A stretch of 64,000 bases of DNA from Eledone cirrhosa (GCA_964016885.1 OZ024741.1:174096001-174160000), one strand, 5' to 3'; numbered from the stretch's first letter, positions 22,324-35,900 are shown. The notes: generated by a model from the letters alone, not told the origin. Numbers and translations: made by a program.

Positions 22324-24677
22324 CATCATCATCATCAACGTTTAACGTCCGTGTTCCACGCTTGCATGGGTTTGGACGGGGGTTTTCCCACTTGAGGCAA
22401 GAGTGATTATCTTGCTCGCATAGGACTATCTGGCGAGTTTTCTACAGCTGGATGCCCTTCCTAACATCAACCACATTTACAGTGTGGGGCTGGGAGGTTT
22501 TTACCGTGTTGCCTACACGGCCACATTACAGCGTTGACTGTCTGGCGGGTTTTCTACAGCTGGATGCCCTTCCTAACACCAACCGCATTTACAGTGTGGG
22601 GCTGGGAGGTTTTTACCGTGTTGCCTACACGGCCACATTTACAGCGTGAACTGTGTGTTTTTTTGTCGTGACACCTACATGATCTCATTTGTTTCGGCCT
22701 GGATGTTGTGGCACCAACATAACTTTACATTGAAAGGGGCGGTGTGGATGGGGTGGGGGTGGTGGGACGGGGTGTATTTTGTTAGAGATGCCTACTGACT
22801 GTAGTAGGTTTACTTTGTATTTAGGCAAGGCGGGTCTTCTCTGTTACTGAGTACCGCCAAAGGTCTCGGTCCAGTGACATTGTCTTGGAGAGGTGTAAGT
22901 GTGTGAGGTCAGAATTTATCAGCTCGTCCCAGGTTTTTCTGGGTCTGCCTATTCCGTGGCTACCGTCTATCTTTATTGCCCTGCACTTTGTTATACAGCT
23001 ATCGTCTTTCATGCACATCACGTGACCATACCAACGTAGCCTTCTCTCGAGTAAACAACATCTGATCCCTCTTATTTCTAATTTTTTCCTTAGTTCGTTT
23101 ATGCTTTGCCGTTCACGTATATTACTGTTACACATCCAGCGGAGCATGCAAGCTTCGTTCCTCTCCAGTCTGCGTATATCCTCTGCACACAATGCCCAGG
23201 TCTCACTGCCATGCAACATTGCTGTTCGTATGCAGGCATCGTACAACCTGCCTTTCATTTTTAGGGAGAACCCTTTAGCGGCTAATAACTTTTTCCATCC
23301 AGTTCTGACTCGAGCTACTGTACTTTCAGAGCACCCTCCCCCACTGCTGATTTTGTCACCCAGGTAACGGAAGCTGTCCACTATTTCTATAGAACCCTCT
23401 GCGCAGCTGAAAGAGCTAGTATTTTGTGGGCACTTGCTGCTACTTATTGCACCAGAGCACTGGCCACATGTAAAATCTATGTTCTTAGTTAGCTTACCTG
23501 TGATCCCACTACATCTTTTATGCACCCATACTTTGCATTTGGGACACAAAATGGAGTTTCTACCTACGCCTTTCCTACACACTGAGCATGGCCACTTCCC
23601 GGAAGGGACCGCCGCCTTATTTTCTTTCTTACAAACTAGAACTTTAGTCTTAGCCAGGTTAATTTTAAGGCCTTTTGATTCTAGGCCGTGCTTCCATGTT
23701 TGGAATTTCTTCTCTAGCTCGGCCATTGATTCAGCTATGAGTGTTAGGTCATCTGCGTATAGGAGTTCCCATGGGCAACCGGTCTTGAACTCCTCTGTTA
23801 TAGCCTGAAGGGCAATAATAAATAGTAGGGGGCTGAGAACAGAGCCCTGATGGACGCCAACTTTTACGCTAAACTCTTCACTATATTCGTTGTTAATTCT
23901 AACCTTGCTGACTGTTTCTTTATACATGGCTTGTATAGCTCTCACAAGCCATTCGTCAACACCTAGTTTTCTAAGAGCCCACCAGATAATGGAACGGGGG
24001 ACTCTGTCGAAGGCTTTCTCCAAGTCGACAAAAGCTAAGTATAGGGGTTTACTTTTAGCTAAGTACTTCTCCTGTAGTTGTCGTACAATGAAAAGAGCAT
24101 CTGTGGTACTTTTGCCTGACACAAACCCGAACTGCATTTCATCTAGATCAATTCTCTCTCTGATTAGTTGCGCTATTACTTTTTCCGTGACCTTCATGAC
24201 CTGGTCAATTAATTTAATGCCTCTATAGTTACTCCTATCTAGGGCATCTCCTTTACCCTTGTAACAGTTAACGATGATGCTGCTATGCCAGTCCTTCGGA
24301 ACAACCCCATTCTGTACGACTTGGTTAACTATCCGGGTGACCATGGTGTGTCCCACCGTACCAGATGCCTTCAGCATCTCGGCAACTATTTCCGAAGGCC
24401 CAGCCGCCTTATCCGTCTTCATATCTTTGATTGCCTTACTTATTATACTACCTTCGACTAACACTGCTGGTCCCTCTATTGGGTCGATGTGGGGGGGGAC
24501 TGTCTTTCTCCCATTTATTCTCCTCATTTAGTAGCCTTTCATAGTGACACTTCCAAGCTACCTTCTTATCAGCGTCGGTGATGGCAAGTACACCATCATC
24601 ATTAAGTACACACTTCTCCCCGACAATATCACGGTTTTCCTTGACACATTGCCTAGCAATCCTGAACACCTCACGTT
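22322..24677 (-). mobile_element. 5'-truncated, young RTE-clade LINE: RT with an inserted PHD finger and ~500-bp 3' UTR
   Basis: ORFs 24448..24756 and 22821..24527 are joined by one frameshift near the G run at 24491-24498. Motifs: KAAGPS, YKGKGD..NYRGIKL, QFGF, AFVDLEKAFDRV, GVHQGSVLSP, YADD, FRYLG, RRLRWYGHV, GRPRKTW. (ATG)n tail. (TA)n on both sides. No APE endonuclease region retained. Confidence 0.95.
22821..24527 (-). CDS. RTE ORF2 fragment: reverse transcriptase + PHD finger + C-terminal domain (568 aa open frame)
   Basis: RT motifs as in the element above. C4HC3 pattern CSVC-x10-CPKC-x4-H-x2-C-x14-CGQC at ~23457-23588. Confidence 0.85.
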   Translation of the reverse strand: MRRINGRKTVPPHIDPIEGPAVLVEGSIISKAIKDMKTDKAAGPSEIVAEMLKASGTVGHTMVTRIVNQVVQNGVVPKDWHSSIIVNCYKGKGDALDRSNYRGIKLIDQVMKVTEKVIAQLIRERIDLDEMQFGFVSGKSTTDALFIVRQLQEKYLAKSKPLYLAFVDLEKAFDRVPRSIIWWALRKLGVDEWLVRAIQAMYKETVSKVRINNEYSEEFSVKVGVHQGSVLSPLLFIIALQAITEEFKTGCPWELLYADDLTLIAESMAELEKKFQTWKHGLESKGLKINLAKTKVLVCKKENKAAVPSGKWPCSVCRKGVGRNSILCPKCKVWVHKRCSGITGKLTKNIDFTCGQCSGAISSSKCPQNTSSFSCAEGSIEIVDSFRYLGDKISSGGGCSESTVARVRTGWKKLLAAKGFSLKMKGRLYDACIRTAMLHGSETWALCAEDIRRLERNEACMLRWMCNSNIRERQSINELRKKLEIRGIRCCLLERRLRWYGHVMCMKDDSCITKCRAIKIDGSHGIGRPRKTWDELINSDLTHLHLSKTMSLDRDLWRYSVTEKTRLA

Positions 24678-24924
24678 TATATATATATATATATATTAGG
24701 CTTATTTGAGTTCTAGTATGAGTTGAGGAAGGGTGTGTAACCTTGACACTGGCCACACAGCCAGAAACAGCGTTGTTGGCTGCTTCCCCCTTGTTCCTGC
24801 TGAAACAAGTTAGATGGTGTCAGTCATCACCTTTAAAATTCATAGCCAAAGGCTTTCAAATGTTTACTTGTAAACATATTGTAAATTACCAATATACAAA
24901 CTTTACACACACACACACACACAT

Positions 24925-25112
24925 GAACTGGATTCCACCTGGCTGTAATTGGAGGCAGGGTTGCCCAAGGATCACCTGGCAACGAACGTTCAGGAAGGAC
25001 CTGATGGCAGCCAACATCACCTGGCACGGTCTCGAAAAAGTTGCCGCTGATCGTGACCGTTGGCGATACTTACTGCTCGATGTGCCGAACGGCGCGGAAG
25101 AATCTAAGACTA

Positions 25113-25113
<1 letters not shown>
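24925..25113 (+). mobile_element. RTE LINE 3' end fragment
   Basis: WIPPG...GCPRITWQRTFRKDL...TW..LEKVAADRDRWR is the conserved RTE C-terminus. It ends in CTAAGACTAAG before (TA)n. Confidence 0.72.
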
Positions 25114-25165
<52 letters not shown>

Positions 25166-25237
25166 TTTAAATTTGGTGGTTTACCACTGGGTAGAATTAG
25201 TCATTCTGTAATTTCACTTTATAATATATATATATAT

Positions 25238-25490
25238 CCCGAGGTTGGCTGGACATGCTCACCGACATCCAGAGTTGACATTGCACTCAGTGCTCCTTTG
25301 GGAGCCCCTACATGGACACACTAGAAGAGGAAGACCAAGGTTAACATATGTTGATGCCCTAAGGACAGACACTGGTCTGTTGGAGATGCAGGATATGGCA
25401 GCGATAATGAGGGACAGAGACCGCTGGAGAGAACTCGTCCATGGATCTCGGGAATTTTACCCGCCTTAGATAGATTAGATAGATAGATAT
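25238..25490 (+). mobile_element. RTE-like LINE 3' end fragment with a (TAGA)n tail
   Basis: RLAGHAHRH...LLWEP.HG.TRRGRPRLTYVD.L..DTG...MRDRDRWR. Starts at (TA)n. Confidence 0.75.
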
Positions 25491-27029
25491 CACGATAAAT
25501 TAACGGAGGCATTTCCACTTTAATTTATATTTTTAATTATCGTGTCTATAGTCTGCCTTTCATAGGTTATAGATTCCATACACTGGTGGTTTTTTCCTTG
25601 TACTATTGATAACGCACTATATATCTCTCTCTGGTGTGTTACCTTCTCAACATATTGTATATATATATATATTTATTTGTTTATATATATACATTATCAT
25701 CATCAAAAACTTCATCATATGTCCTTTTACCCTGCTAGTATGGGTTGGACAGGTCATCCCAAACCAGGTCAGTACTTAATCAGAGTCACTGTCCTCAAGG
25801 ATAGACTCGAGGCCACTTCTCACTTACATATACGTATATGTCCATGCATTTTACAGAGTGTTCTTGGTCGTGTATCTGATCAGCAGAGGGTCGGACGCCA
25901 TGCTTTCTAGCACAGTTACGTCCCTTTACGGTCTGAGTTCAAATCCCGCCGAGGTTAACTTTGCCTTTCATCTTTACGGGGTCGATAAAATAAAGTACCA
26001 GTAATATACTGGGTAATTTGCTGGCCTTGTGCCAAATGTAGAAACAATTATGAGTCACTATATTAAATGCAGCTGACACATCCAACTGCAGACGATATGA
26101 ACTGGGGACCATTCTGTGACATTCCTATAGATACTATGTAGAGTCCCTTAATGTGTCTATCTTTTCTATGTGATTGTTGTGGAATATGTAAAATTTGTTT
26201 CATTAGGAAATATTCATTTAGCTGATAAAATGAAGTTGAACCATATTCAAACAGCTTCTACATGAAAGGTAATTAACTGATAATTAGATAGTTTCTCGAT
26301 TGAGATTCACCTTATTTTCTTTTTTAGTAATGCAGGAGTGATGCTAAGATCTTTTAAACCTTCCATAGAGCTAGTTTTGACAGATATATTACAATTTTTA
26401 ATCATTGAGGATAATTCAAAATCTGATTAACTGTCGAAGTAAAATAAATAAATAAATAAAAATTAATTTTGTTCATGCATAAAAGTTACAGGATTGAAAT
26501 TGGGTGAATGTTTTTATTTATTTGTTGTTGTTGCTGCTGCTGTTGTTGGTGTTGTTGTCGCTGTTTCCACTTAGTCAATAAAATTTTACTGTTCAGAATG
26601 GTTGTATTAGCAAAAGAAATGAGTGATTGTGAGCGTGTATGTGTGTTTTTTTTTTGTTTTTTTTTTCTATTCAATATTTTCTAACAGAAATTTAGCAACA
26701 CAATTTCCATTCTGTATTCACTAACTGCTGTGTTGGTATTCAAATAAAATATTCAGCATTAGTTGTTCTAATAACATCCATCAGACTCACTAACTTTTAT
26801 TTATTTAATAGAATTCTAATAGTTGATTTTAGCTTTTCATGTTATTTTTTATCATATGAGAGGTATTTTGTATCTTACAATAATATTTCTTAATATGACT
26901 GTTTAAATGCAAATTTAATGTAGATGGCCTTGGTGGCCTTGGTGGACAAGGTTGTGAAAGCATTTTGCAGATAAGGATGCATTGAGAAAGACAGTCAAAT
27001 TTGCAACAGTCATACTTGTCAATAGCCAT

Positions 27030-27365
27030 CTACATCCCAATTGCAGTAGGTAGGAATGGTGGTTCAGGGACTCCAAACACTGGTTGTTTTCACTGTTATT
27101 ACTGCACTAGCTCCTGCAATTCTTGCATCTAATTCAACCTCCTGCTTTCCAACACTCATGAACATGGCCCCAAGATACTTGAACTTGTCCACCTGCTTCA
27201 GTGCAGGCTTCCTTGAGCAGATAAGTGACTCAGTCTTTGCAGCACTTGGCAGCAAACCTATAAAGTGCATGATGAGTTAATACCATGCTGTTCACAAATT
27301 CCAGCCGACTGATCTGACACACGCCAATCCAATCTTGATACCACTTCTAGCTGGCTGGGCATGTC

Positions 27366-27409
<44 letters not shown>

Positions 27410-27995
27410 CTGTTTTACATCCATTCTTCCACACTAGCATGGGTTAGATGAGCTGCCCTGTTGTGGGCAATGCCAGGTCAGGTGATGAACAGGAGAGGTC
27501 ACTGTATGCACCCTTGGCGGAGTCCAACACCCACATTCAATGATTTTGATTTAGCACTATTTATCCAAACACAAATACTAGGGCATTTATACAGAGAAAT
27601 AAAGGCAACAAGAAGCTGTCCATTGATCCCATAATATTGCAGAATCTTCCACAGCAGGTCATGTGGAACACAGTCATATGCCTTTTCAAGGTCTATGAAA
27701 CAAGCATACAGCTATTGGCAATACTCCCACAATTTCTCAAAGACCTGCTACAATGTGAATATTTGGTTTGCTGTGTTGCATCCAGAGTGTAAACCACACT
27801 GCAGGAGGCCCAAGGGCAGATCCTGAGCAGAATGGTTGGCTAACTCCATGAGCTCAGCTGATCTCATTTGGGGATTGAGCCAGATCAATTGGAGATAGTT
27901 GTTTCCGATAGAACCTGCTGCAAGACATGCTTGAGGACTCTACCTCCATGGACCTTCCAGGAATAAGTGGGTGAAGAAAAAGATGAAGAAGAATG
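27030..27995. mobile_element. Degraded, rearranged RTE (Rex3/Expander-like) fragments with an (ATC)n-tailed insertion
   Basis: Minus strand reads KQVDKFKYLG...ELDARIAGASAV and a FIDLEKAYD-like motif at 27660-27720. The 3' tail GAATAAGTGGGTGAAGAA resembles 39145 and the reverse of 54445. Confidence 0.55.
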
Positions 27996-28114
27996 CATTA
28001 CACTCTAAAACAATGAGTATGCAGTTGAATTGATCGAAAGTTTAGATACTCATCATTGAGATCAACACAGGAGCAGTTTAATACAAATATTATAATCTCA
28101 GACAGAGTATTTCC

Positions 28115-28932
28115 TCTGCAATTCTCTGTCTACAGTAATCCTCCCTCTACAGAAATCTTCCATCTGAAGTCCTCCTACAGTATCCATCCTCTGCAGTCCT
28201 CTACAATATCCATCCTTCCTCTACAGTCTCCCCTCTACAGTAGTCCACCTCCCTCTACAGTCCTTCTACAATAGTCTACCTCCTTCTACAGTCCTTCTAC
28301 AGTAGTCTACCTCCCTCTACAGTCGCCCCCTCCCTCTACAGTAGTCTACCTCCCTCTACAGTCCTCCTTCTACCGTAATCCTCTTCCCTCCACAATCCTC
28401 CTAGAGTAGTCCTCCTCCCTGTACAGTCCTTCTCCAGTAGTCCTCCCTCTACAATAGTCTGCATCCCTCTACAGTCTTTCTTTTACAGTAGTCCTCCTCC
28501 TTCTACAATAGTCCTCATCCCTCTACAGTAGGCCTCCTCCCTCTACAATCTTCCTTCTGCAGTATTCATCCTTCTACAGTAGTCATCCTCCTTCTACAGC
28601 AGTCATCCTCCTTCTACAGTAGTCATCCTCCTTCTACAGCAGTCATCCTCCCTCTACAGTAGTCCTACCTCTACAGTCCTTCTCCCTCTACAGTTGTCCT
28701 CCATCTACATTCATCCTCTTTCTGCAGTCATCCCATTACAGTCCCCCCCTTTACAGTAGCCATCCCTCTATAGTCCTCCCTCTACATTAGCACTTCCTCT
28801 TCAGTAGTCATACCTCTATAGTCCTCCCTCAACATTAGTTCTCCCTCTACATTAGCCCTTCCTCTTCAGTAGTCCTCCCTCTATAGTCCTCCCTCTATAT
28901 TTCTCCCTCTAGAGTACTCTTCCCTCTACAGG
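28115..28932. repeat. Diverged 17-21-bp minisatellite (CCTCCCTCTACAGTAGT-like)
   Basis: Dozens of CTCTACAG(TAG)TCCTCC units. Confidence 0.9.
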
Positions 28933-29181
28933 TTGTCGTAAATAAAATGATGAAAGAATGGAAGACTGAGAGAGAGCAAAAGAGTGGGGAGTACACACAT
29001 AGGATTATACAAGCTTATAAATCAAGTTACTTTTAAATAATTAAGAAAAGTGGCATGATGGACAGCAAATCACTTTTAGTTGATAGTTACTTATTTTCTT
29101 CGCTTTATGAAATCCATTATGCAATAACTTTCTATAAAATAAGAAAGATACAAGATAGAATGATAAATGGATGGATGTGTA

Positions 29182-29215
<34 letters not shown>

Positions 29216-29346
29216 TTGTATGTATATGAATGCATATATATATATATGTATGTATATATATATATACACACACACATATATATACACATATATATATACA
29301 CACATACATATATATATACATACACACCACACACACACACACACAT

Positions 29347-29377
<31 letters not shown>

Positions 29378-29939
29378 GATAGATAGATATATTTCAACTT
29401 TGAGGTCGTGTTGCAAGAATAAGAAATCTATTTATACTTTACTCTGTAACATTTGTTTCTTTCACATCATACTTATGGATTATTGCAATCAGCAGACCAG
29501 GGTTTAATATATATATATATATATTGCCAACTAAGGGTCAAAAAGACTCTTCAGCTGTGCTTTAGACATGACAACCTCCCTAATGTTGGTGATTTACATG
29601 ATAAATGAATCCAGTACACTCTGTAAAGTGGTTGTTGATAGGATGGATGCCAAGCCATAATAAAACCTGTCAAACAAAGGATCAGGAAGACTCTTCAGCT
29701 GTGTCAAAAACATGACAACTTCCCTAGTGTTGATGCTATGATGAAATGCATCAGTAAAGCATGGAGTCATATGTGGAGGCTCCCAGCCCACATAGAGGTC
29801 AGTGGCTCCACTTAAGTACTGATTGGGCTATATAACACATCCAACCCCTTACTAACACACTAACACAGAAAAACAGGCATTAAACTATAATGATGGTATA
29901 TAATCTATGTGTGTGTGTGTGTGTGTATATTTCCAATTT

Positions 29940-31060
29940 CATCAACGTTTTTATGCCCATTTTCCATGCCTACATGGGTTGAGTGGGTCCCCTCCAGCAC
30001 AGCATCTCTCCACTCGTCACATTCCTTCATCGTCTCATCTATGAGTCACAGCAATTTGAGATCAGCTCCCATCACTTCTGCCCAGGTCTTCTGTGGTCTA
30101 CCTCTACTGCTGCTTCCTTCCACTTGGGTTTCCTAGCACTTCTTCATCAAGTGTTCATCCTTTATGCACATCAAATGTCTGAACCAACACTGTCTTCTCT
30201 CTTGCTCACCACTTCTGATTCTTCTTAAACCCAGTTTCTCCCTCGGTTTTTCTTTTTTTTTCCTTTCTCTCACATTTACATTGCACATCCAATGAAGCAT
30301 TGTTGCTTTATTTTTTTCCAGCCTACACGTCTTCTGCAGTCACAGCCCATGTTTCACTACAGCATCACACTTCACACACATGTGTCATACAGTTGTTCTT
30401 TCTTTTGTCCATAGGGAGAACTTTAGTTGTCAACAGAGAGAGAGAGAGTAGCTTTCTAAGCTTCTTCTATCCTATCCTTATTCTAGCTATTATGCTCCCG
30501 GAGCACCCTCTTCCACTGCTAATTAGGTCACCTGGGTAACAGAAGCTATCAACTACCTCTTTAGATCTTTCATGTGATGGAAGACTTCCCATCGATTACC
30601 CTTGTGCATCTGGTACATACAAAGACTTCCTTTCCTGTTAGTCTGCCTGTGTACATCATATAGAGTTTCTGTCTACTCCTTTTCTGCATATCGAGCAGGG
30701 CCACTTTCTTGATGGGATCAGGGTCCTGTCTTCTTTCGTGCTTACCAATACTTTAATTTTTTCTAAGTTTACTCTCATCCTTTTCAATTGTAAATTCTGT
30801 TTCCATAGTCAGAACTTATTCTCTAGTTCTTTTATGGATTTTCTAAGATTTTCTAGAGCATCACTATTTCCCTTGTAGCAATTTGCGATTGTACTAATTT
30901 CTGACGGCCCTATAGCTTTAACATTCTTCATCTCTTTCATTGGTTCATTGGTTCTTTGACTCTATAAGTGTCAATTTCAATTGCTGGCTTATTTGTTGGG
31001 TAAGTTGGGGGTAGTATCTCTATCTTCCATTCATTCTCCACATTCATCAACTGCTCATTG
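29940..31060 (-). mobile_element. Old, internally deleted RTE LINE
   Basis: 3' end CCCATTTTCCATGCCTACATGGGTT. Remnants of WPCSICRKGV (30675-30705), FCYPGDLISSG and NCYKGNSDAL on the minus strand. Confidence 0.7.
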
Positions 31061-32699
31061 TAACTTTTCCAAGCCTAATTCTGTTGAGCACCAGTATCAT
31101 TTCACCCCCCCCCCCCCACACACACACACCACTGTATATGTTTGTGAATGTCACACATTCTTCTATGACACAAATAACATAAAAAATAGCATGCAATCAA
31201 TCTACAGGGCCTACAAAACTAAATACAGAGCCAAGAATGATGTATGTAAAATGGGAGTGTGACTTACTCATGAGTATAGATAGTATATATGATTTGATAT
31301 ACATATATATATTCATTCATAGCTTATAATTTACTGTATCCACATCTAGCCATTCATACTTTTGTCTCAGAAGCAGGAAATTTGGAGTAGCAACAAAGTG
31401 AATAATTAGCTTTGGATAAATATATAGACTCTACTACATGTATTGAGTACTTTTCTCTTGTTCATAAACCCAAACACACACGCATTCACACACACACTCA
31501 CACACACTGATGCATACACACACACTAACACACATACACACATATATGCCAGCATAGAAAAGTAGAAATAAAACTATGGGTGGTATGTATGCATTTGTGT
31601 GTGTGTCCTTGTTAGCAGGGAAAAATGAAAGTTAAATGATAATGATGATGATGATGTATGTGTATGTATATACTTATGTATATAAATATACAACACATAA
31701 GTGTATGTATAACATATATACATACACATATACACAAATAAAGAAATATGAAATTAAATCTACAAAATACAGTCATTGCCTTGGAGCTGGCTGATCTGAT
31801 ATGAATCAAAATCTTTGCTAATGATAATTTTTGGTAAATGTAATAAATATATAAATATAACGAATGTATAAATATAATATATATATAAATACAAAACCCT
31901 TCATTATAGTTTCCCCCTGATTAATTTTCTTGAACTTTGCAGATAGTTATAAAATCAAATTAGGTGTAGCAGTTCGATGTTAAAACATTTTTGAAAAACA
32001 AATATTACAAAGCAGACAGACGACAAATTAGGATTTCTTTGTTTTGTTTTGTTTTTTACTTTCTTTAGTTTCTCATCTTTTTTTTTTTTACGTTTTTCAA
32101 CAGCTTAATTCTCTGTAATCAATACTGGCCAGTTAATTTCATTTAGCTTGGCTATTCTTATTGTGGAATTCAATTTGTGTCTCTCTTTATCTGGTTCTGT
32201 ACTCTGTGTTGCATTTTTGTGTTTTGTGTTATGTGTGAAGGCACGTGGCTTAGTGGTTAAAGGTGTTCAGCTCCTGATCATAATGTTGTAAGTTCAATTC
32301 CCAACAGTGTATTGTTTTCTTGAGCAAGGCACCTTCATTTTACATTGTTGCAGTGTTTTTAGCTGGAAAAAATAAATAAAATAAATTGTGCCTGTAATCC
32401 ACAGGGCTAGCCTTGTATCATATTATGTCATGCTGAATCACTCTGGGGACTGCATTAAAGGATACACATGTTTATGGAATGCTCAGCCAATTGTATGTTG
32501 ATTTCACAAGCAGGCTGTTCCATTGTTCAAACAACTAGAACACTTGTCAATGAAACTGATTGATGTCCAACGTATGCTATGTGTTATGTGGGCTGTATTA
32601 AACCAATGGCTGAATCTCTTCTGGCACTTCAATCTTTCATTCACTACACCTGAAAATATTGATGGACCCCCTAGACTTCAGCTAAGTCAACCTTAGAAA

Positions 32700-32970
32700 T
32701 AATGGTTTCTGGTATAGGCACAGAGCCAACAATTTTGGGGGAGGAAAAAGTCCATTAAATCGACCCCAGTGCATAACTGTTACTTTATTTTATTGACCCC
32801 ATAAGGTAAAGTTTTATTTGTAAACTATAGACTGTGTCTTTCATGAGAAATATGGTAATGAAAGGCAAAGCTAATCTCAGCGGGATTTGAACCCAGAACG
32901 TAAAGGGCCATAACTCTATGCTTCAAACCATGGTGTCTGAATCTCTACTGATACTGCTAATCCACTGCCG
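32700..32970 (-). mobile_element. tRNA-derived SINE, family A (further copies 25884-26050 +, 37241-37423 -, 39552-39724 +, 39916-40108 +, 45040-45262 -, 45270-45495 -)
   Basis: Reverse complement of the A box, B box and central domain of the 21629 consensus. Confidence 0.75.
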
Positions 32971-32989
32971 TGGCCCCATGTGTCATGTA

Positions 32990-35900
32990 TTGTGTTAAAT
33001 GTTATGTACTGTGTGCTACATGATATGTGTGGTACCTACTATGTGTTGTATGTTGTGTGTTATGTGTTGTGAGCTAAGTGTTGTGTGCTATGTTATGTTA
33101 TGTTCAATCTGTTATGGGTTGAGTTTTATATGTTGTGTGTTGTGTTCTATAGTCAATGTGTTAAGTGTTGTATGTTGTGTTCAATCTGCTCTGTTATATG
33201 CTATGTGTTATGTTTAGTTTGTTGCATGCTATGTGCTATCTTGAATGTATTATGTATAGTTTGTTGTATGCTGTGTTATGTGTTGTATGCTGTGTGTTGT
33301 GGTGTATGCTGTGTATTGTGTTGTATGCTGTGTGTTGTGTTGTATGCTCTGTATTGTGTTGTATACTGTGTGTTGTGTTATATGCTGTGTGTTGTGTTGT
33401 ATGCTGTGTGTTGTGTTGTATGCTGTGTAATGTGTTGTATGCTGTGTGTTGTGTTGTATGCTGTGTGTTGTGTTGTATGCTGTGTAATGTGTTGTATGCT
33501 GTGTGTTGTATTGAGTTGTATGCTGTGTTGTGTTGTATACTGTGTTGTGTTGTATGCTGTTTAATGTGTTGTATGCTGTGTAATGTGTTGTATGCTGTGT
33601 GTTATGTGTTGTATGCTGTGTAATGTGTTGTATGCTGTGTAATGTGTTGTATGTTGTGTAATGTGTTGTATGCTGTGTAATGTGTTGTATGCTGTGTGTT
33701 GTGTTGTCTGCTATGTAATGTGTTGTCTGCTGTGTAATGTGTTGTATGCTGTGTGTTGTGTTGTCTGCTATGTAATGTGTTGTCTGCTGTGTAATGTGTT
33801 GTATGCTGTGTAATGTGTTGTATGCTGTGTGTTGTGTTGTATGCTGTGTAATGTGTTGTATGCTGTGTGTTGTGTTGTATGCTGTGTAATGTGTTGTATG
33901 CTGTGTAATGTGTTGTATGCTGTGTGTTGTGTTATATGCTGTGTGTTGTGATGTATGCTGTGTGTTGTGTTGTATGCTGTGTAATGTGTTGTATGCTGTG
34001 TAATGTGTTGTATGTTGTGTAATGTGTTGTATGCTGTGTAATGTGTTGTATGCTGTGTGTTGTGTTATATGCTGTGTGGTGTGTTATATGCTGTGTAATG
34101 TGTTGTATGCTGTGTGTTGTGTTATATGCTGTATTGTGTTGTATGCTGTGTGTTGTGTTGTATGATGTGTGGTGTGTTATATACTGTGTAATGTGTTGTA
34201 TGCTGTGTTGTGTTGTATGCTGTGTAATGTGTTGTATGCTGTGTGTTATGTGTTGTATGCTGTGTAATGTGTTGTATGCTGTGTGTTGTGTTATATGCTG
34301 TGTGTTGTGTTGTATGCTGTGTGTTGTGTTATATGGTGTGTGTTGTGTTATATGCTGTGTAATGTGTTGTATGCTGTGTGTTGTGTTATATGCTGTGTTG
34401 TGTTGTATGCTGTGTAATGTGTTGTATGCTGTGTAATGTGTTGTATGCTGTGTAATGTGTTGTATGCTGTGTGTTGTGTTGTATGCTGTGTGTTGTGTTG
34501 TATGCTGTGTGTTGTGTTGTATAATGTGTGTTGTGTTGTATGCTGTGTAATGTGTTGTATGCTGCGTGTTGTGTTGTGTTGTATGCTGTGTGTTGTGTCG
34601 TATGCTGTGTGTTGTATGCTGTGTAATGTGTTGTATGCTGTGTGTTGTGTTGTATGCTGTGTGTTGTGTTGTATGCTGTGTAATGTGTTGTATGCTGTGT
34701 GTTGTGTTGAGTTGTATGCTGTGTTGTGTTGTATACTGTGTTGTGTTGTATGCTGTGTAATGTGTTGTAAGCTGTGTGTTGTGTTGTATGCTGTGTGTTG
34801 TGTTTTATGCTGTATATTGTGTTGTATGCTGTGTTATGTCTTGTATGATCTGTGTTGTCTTGTATGCTGTGTGTTGTGTTGTATGCTGTGTAATGTGTTG
34901 TATGCTGTGTGTTGTGTTGTATGCTGTGTAATGTGTTGTATGCTGCGTGTTGTGCTGTATGCTGTGTGTTGTACTGTATGCTGTGTGTTGTGTTGTATGC
35001 TGTGTAATGTGTTGTATGGTGTGTGTTGTGTTGTATGTTGTGTGTTGTGTTATATGGTGTGTGTTGTGTTGTATGCTGTGTGTTGTGTTATATGCTGTGT
35101 GTTGTGTTGTATGCTGTGTGTTGTGTTATATGGTGTGTGTTGTGTTATATGCTGTGTGGTGTGTTATATGCTGTGTAATGTGTTGTATGCTGTGTGTTGT
35201 GCTGTATGCTGTGTGTTGTGTTGTGTTGTATGGTGTGTGTTGTGTTATATGCTGTGTGGTGTGTTATATGCTGTGTAATGTGTTTTATGTTGTGTGTTGT
35301 GTTATATGTTGTGTTGTATGCTGTGTGTTGTGTTGTATGCTGTGCGTTGTGTTATATGCTGTGTAATGTGTTGTATGCCGTGTGTTATGTGTTGTATGCT
35401 GTGTAATGTGTTGTTTGCTGTGTAATGTGTTGTATGCTGTGTAACGTGTTGTATGCTGTGTGTTGTGTTGTATGCTGTGTAATGTGTTGTATACTGTGTG
35501 TTGTGTTGTATGCTGTGTAATGTGTTGTGTGCTGTGTATTGTGTTGTATGCTGTGTAATGTGTTGTATGCTGTGTGTTATGTGTTGTATGCTGTGTAATG
35601 TGTTGTATGCTGTGTGTTGTGTTGTATGCTGTGTGTTGTGTTATATGTTGTGTGTTGTGTTATTTCCTGTGTGTTGTGTTGTATGCTGTGTAACGTGTTG
35701 TATGCTGTGTGTTGTGTTATATGCTGTGTGTTGTGTCGTATGCTGTGTGTTGTGTTATATGGTGTGTGTTGTGTTATATGCTGTGTGGTGTGTTATATGC
35801 TGTGTAATGTGTTGTATGCTGTGTGTTATGTTATATGTTGTGTTGTGTTGTATGCTGTGTGTTGTGTTGTATGCTGTGCATTGTGTTATATGCTGTGTAA

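Noticed and set aside
23101-24531. Plus-strand ORFs overlapping the RTE
   Set aside because: They are antisense shadows of the minus-strand RT frame with no independent motifs.
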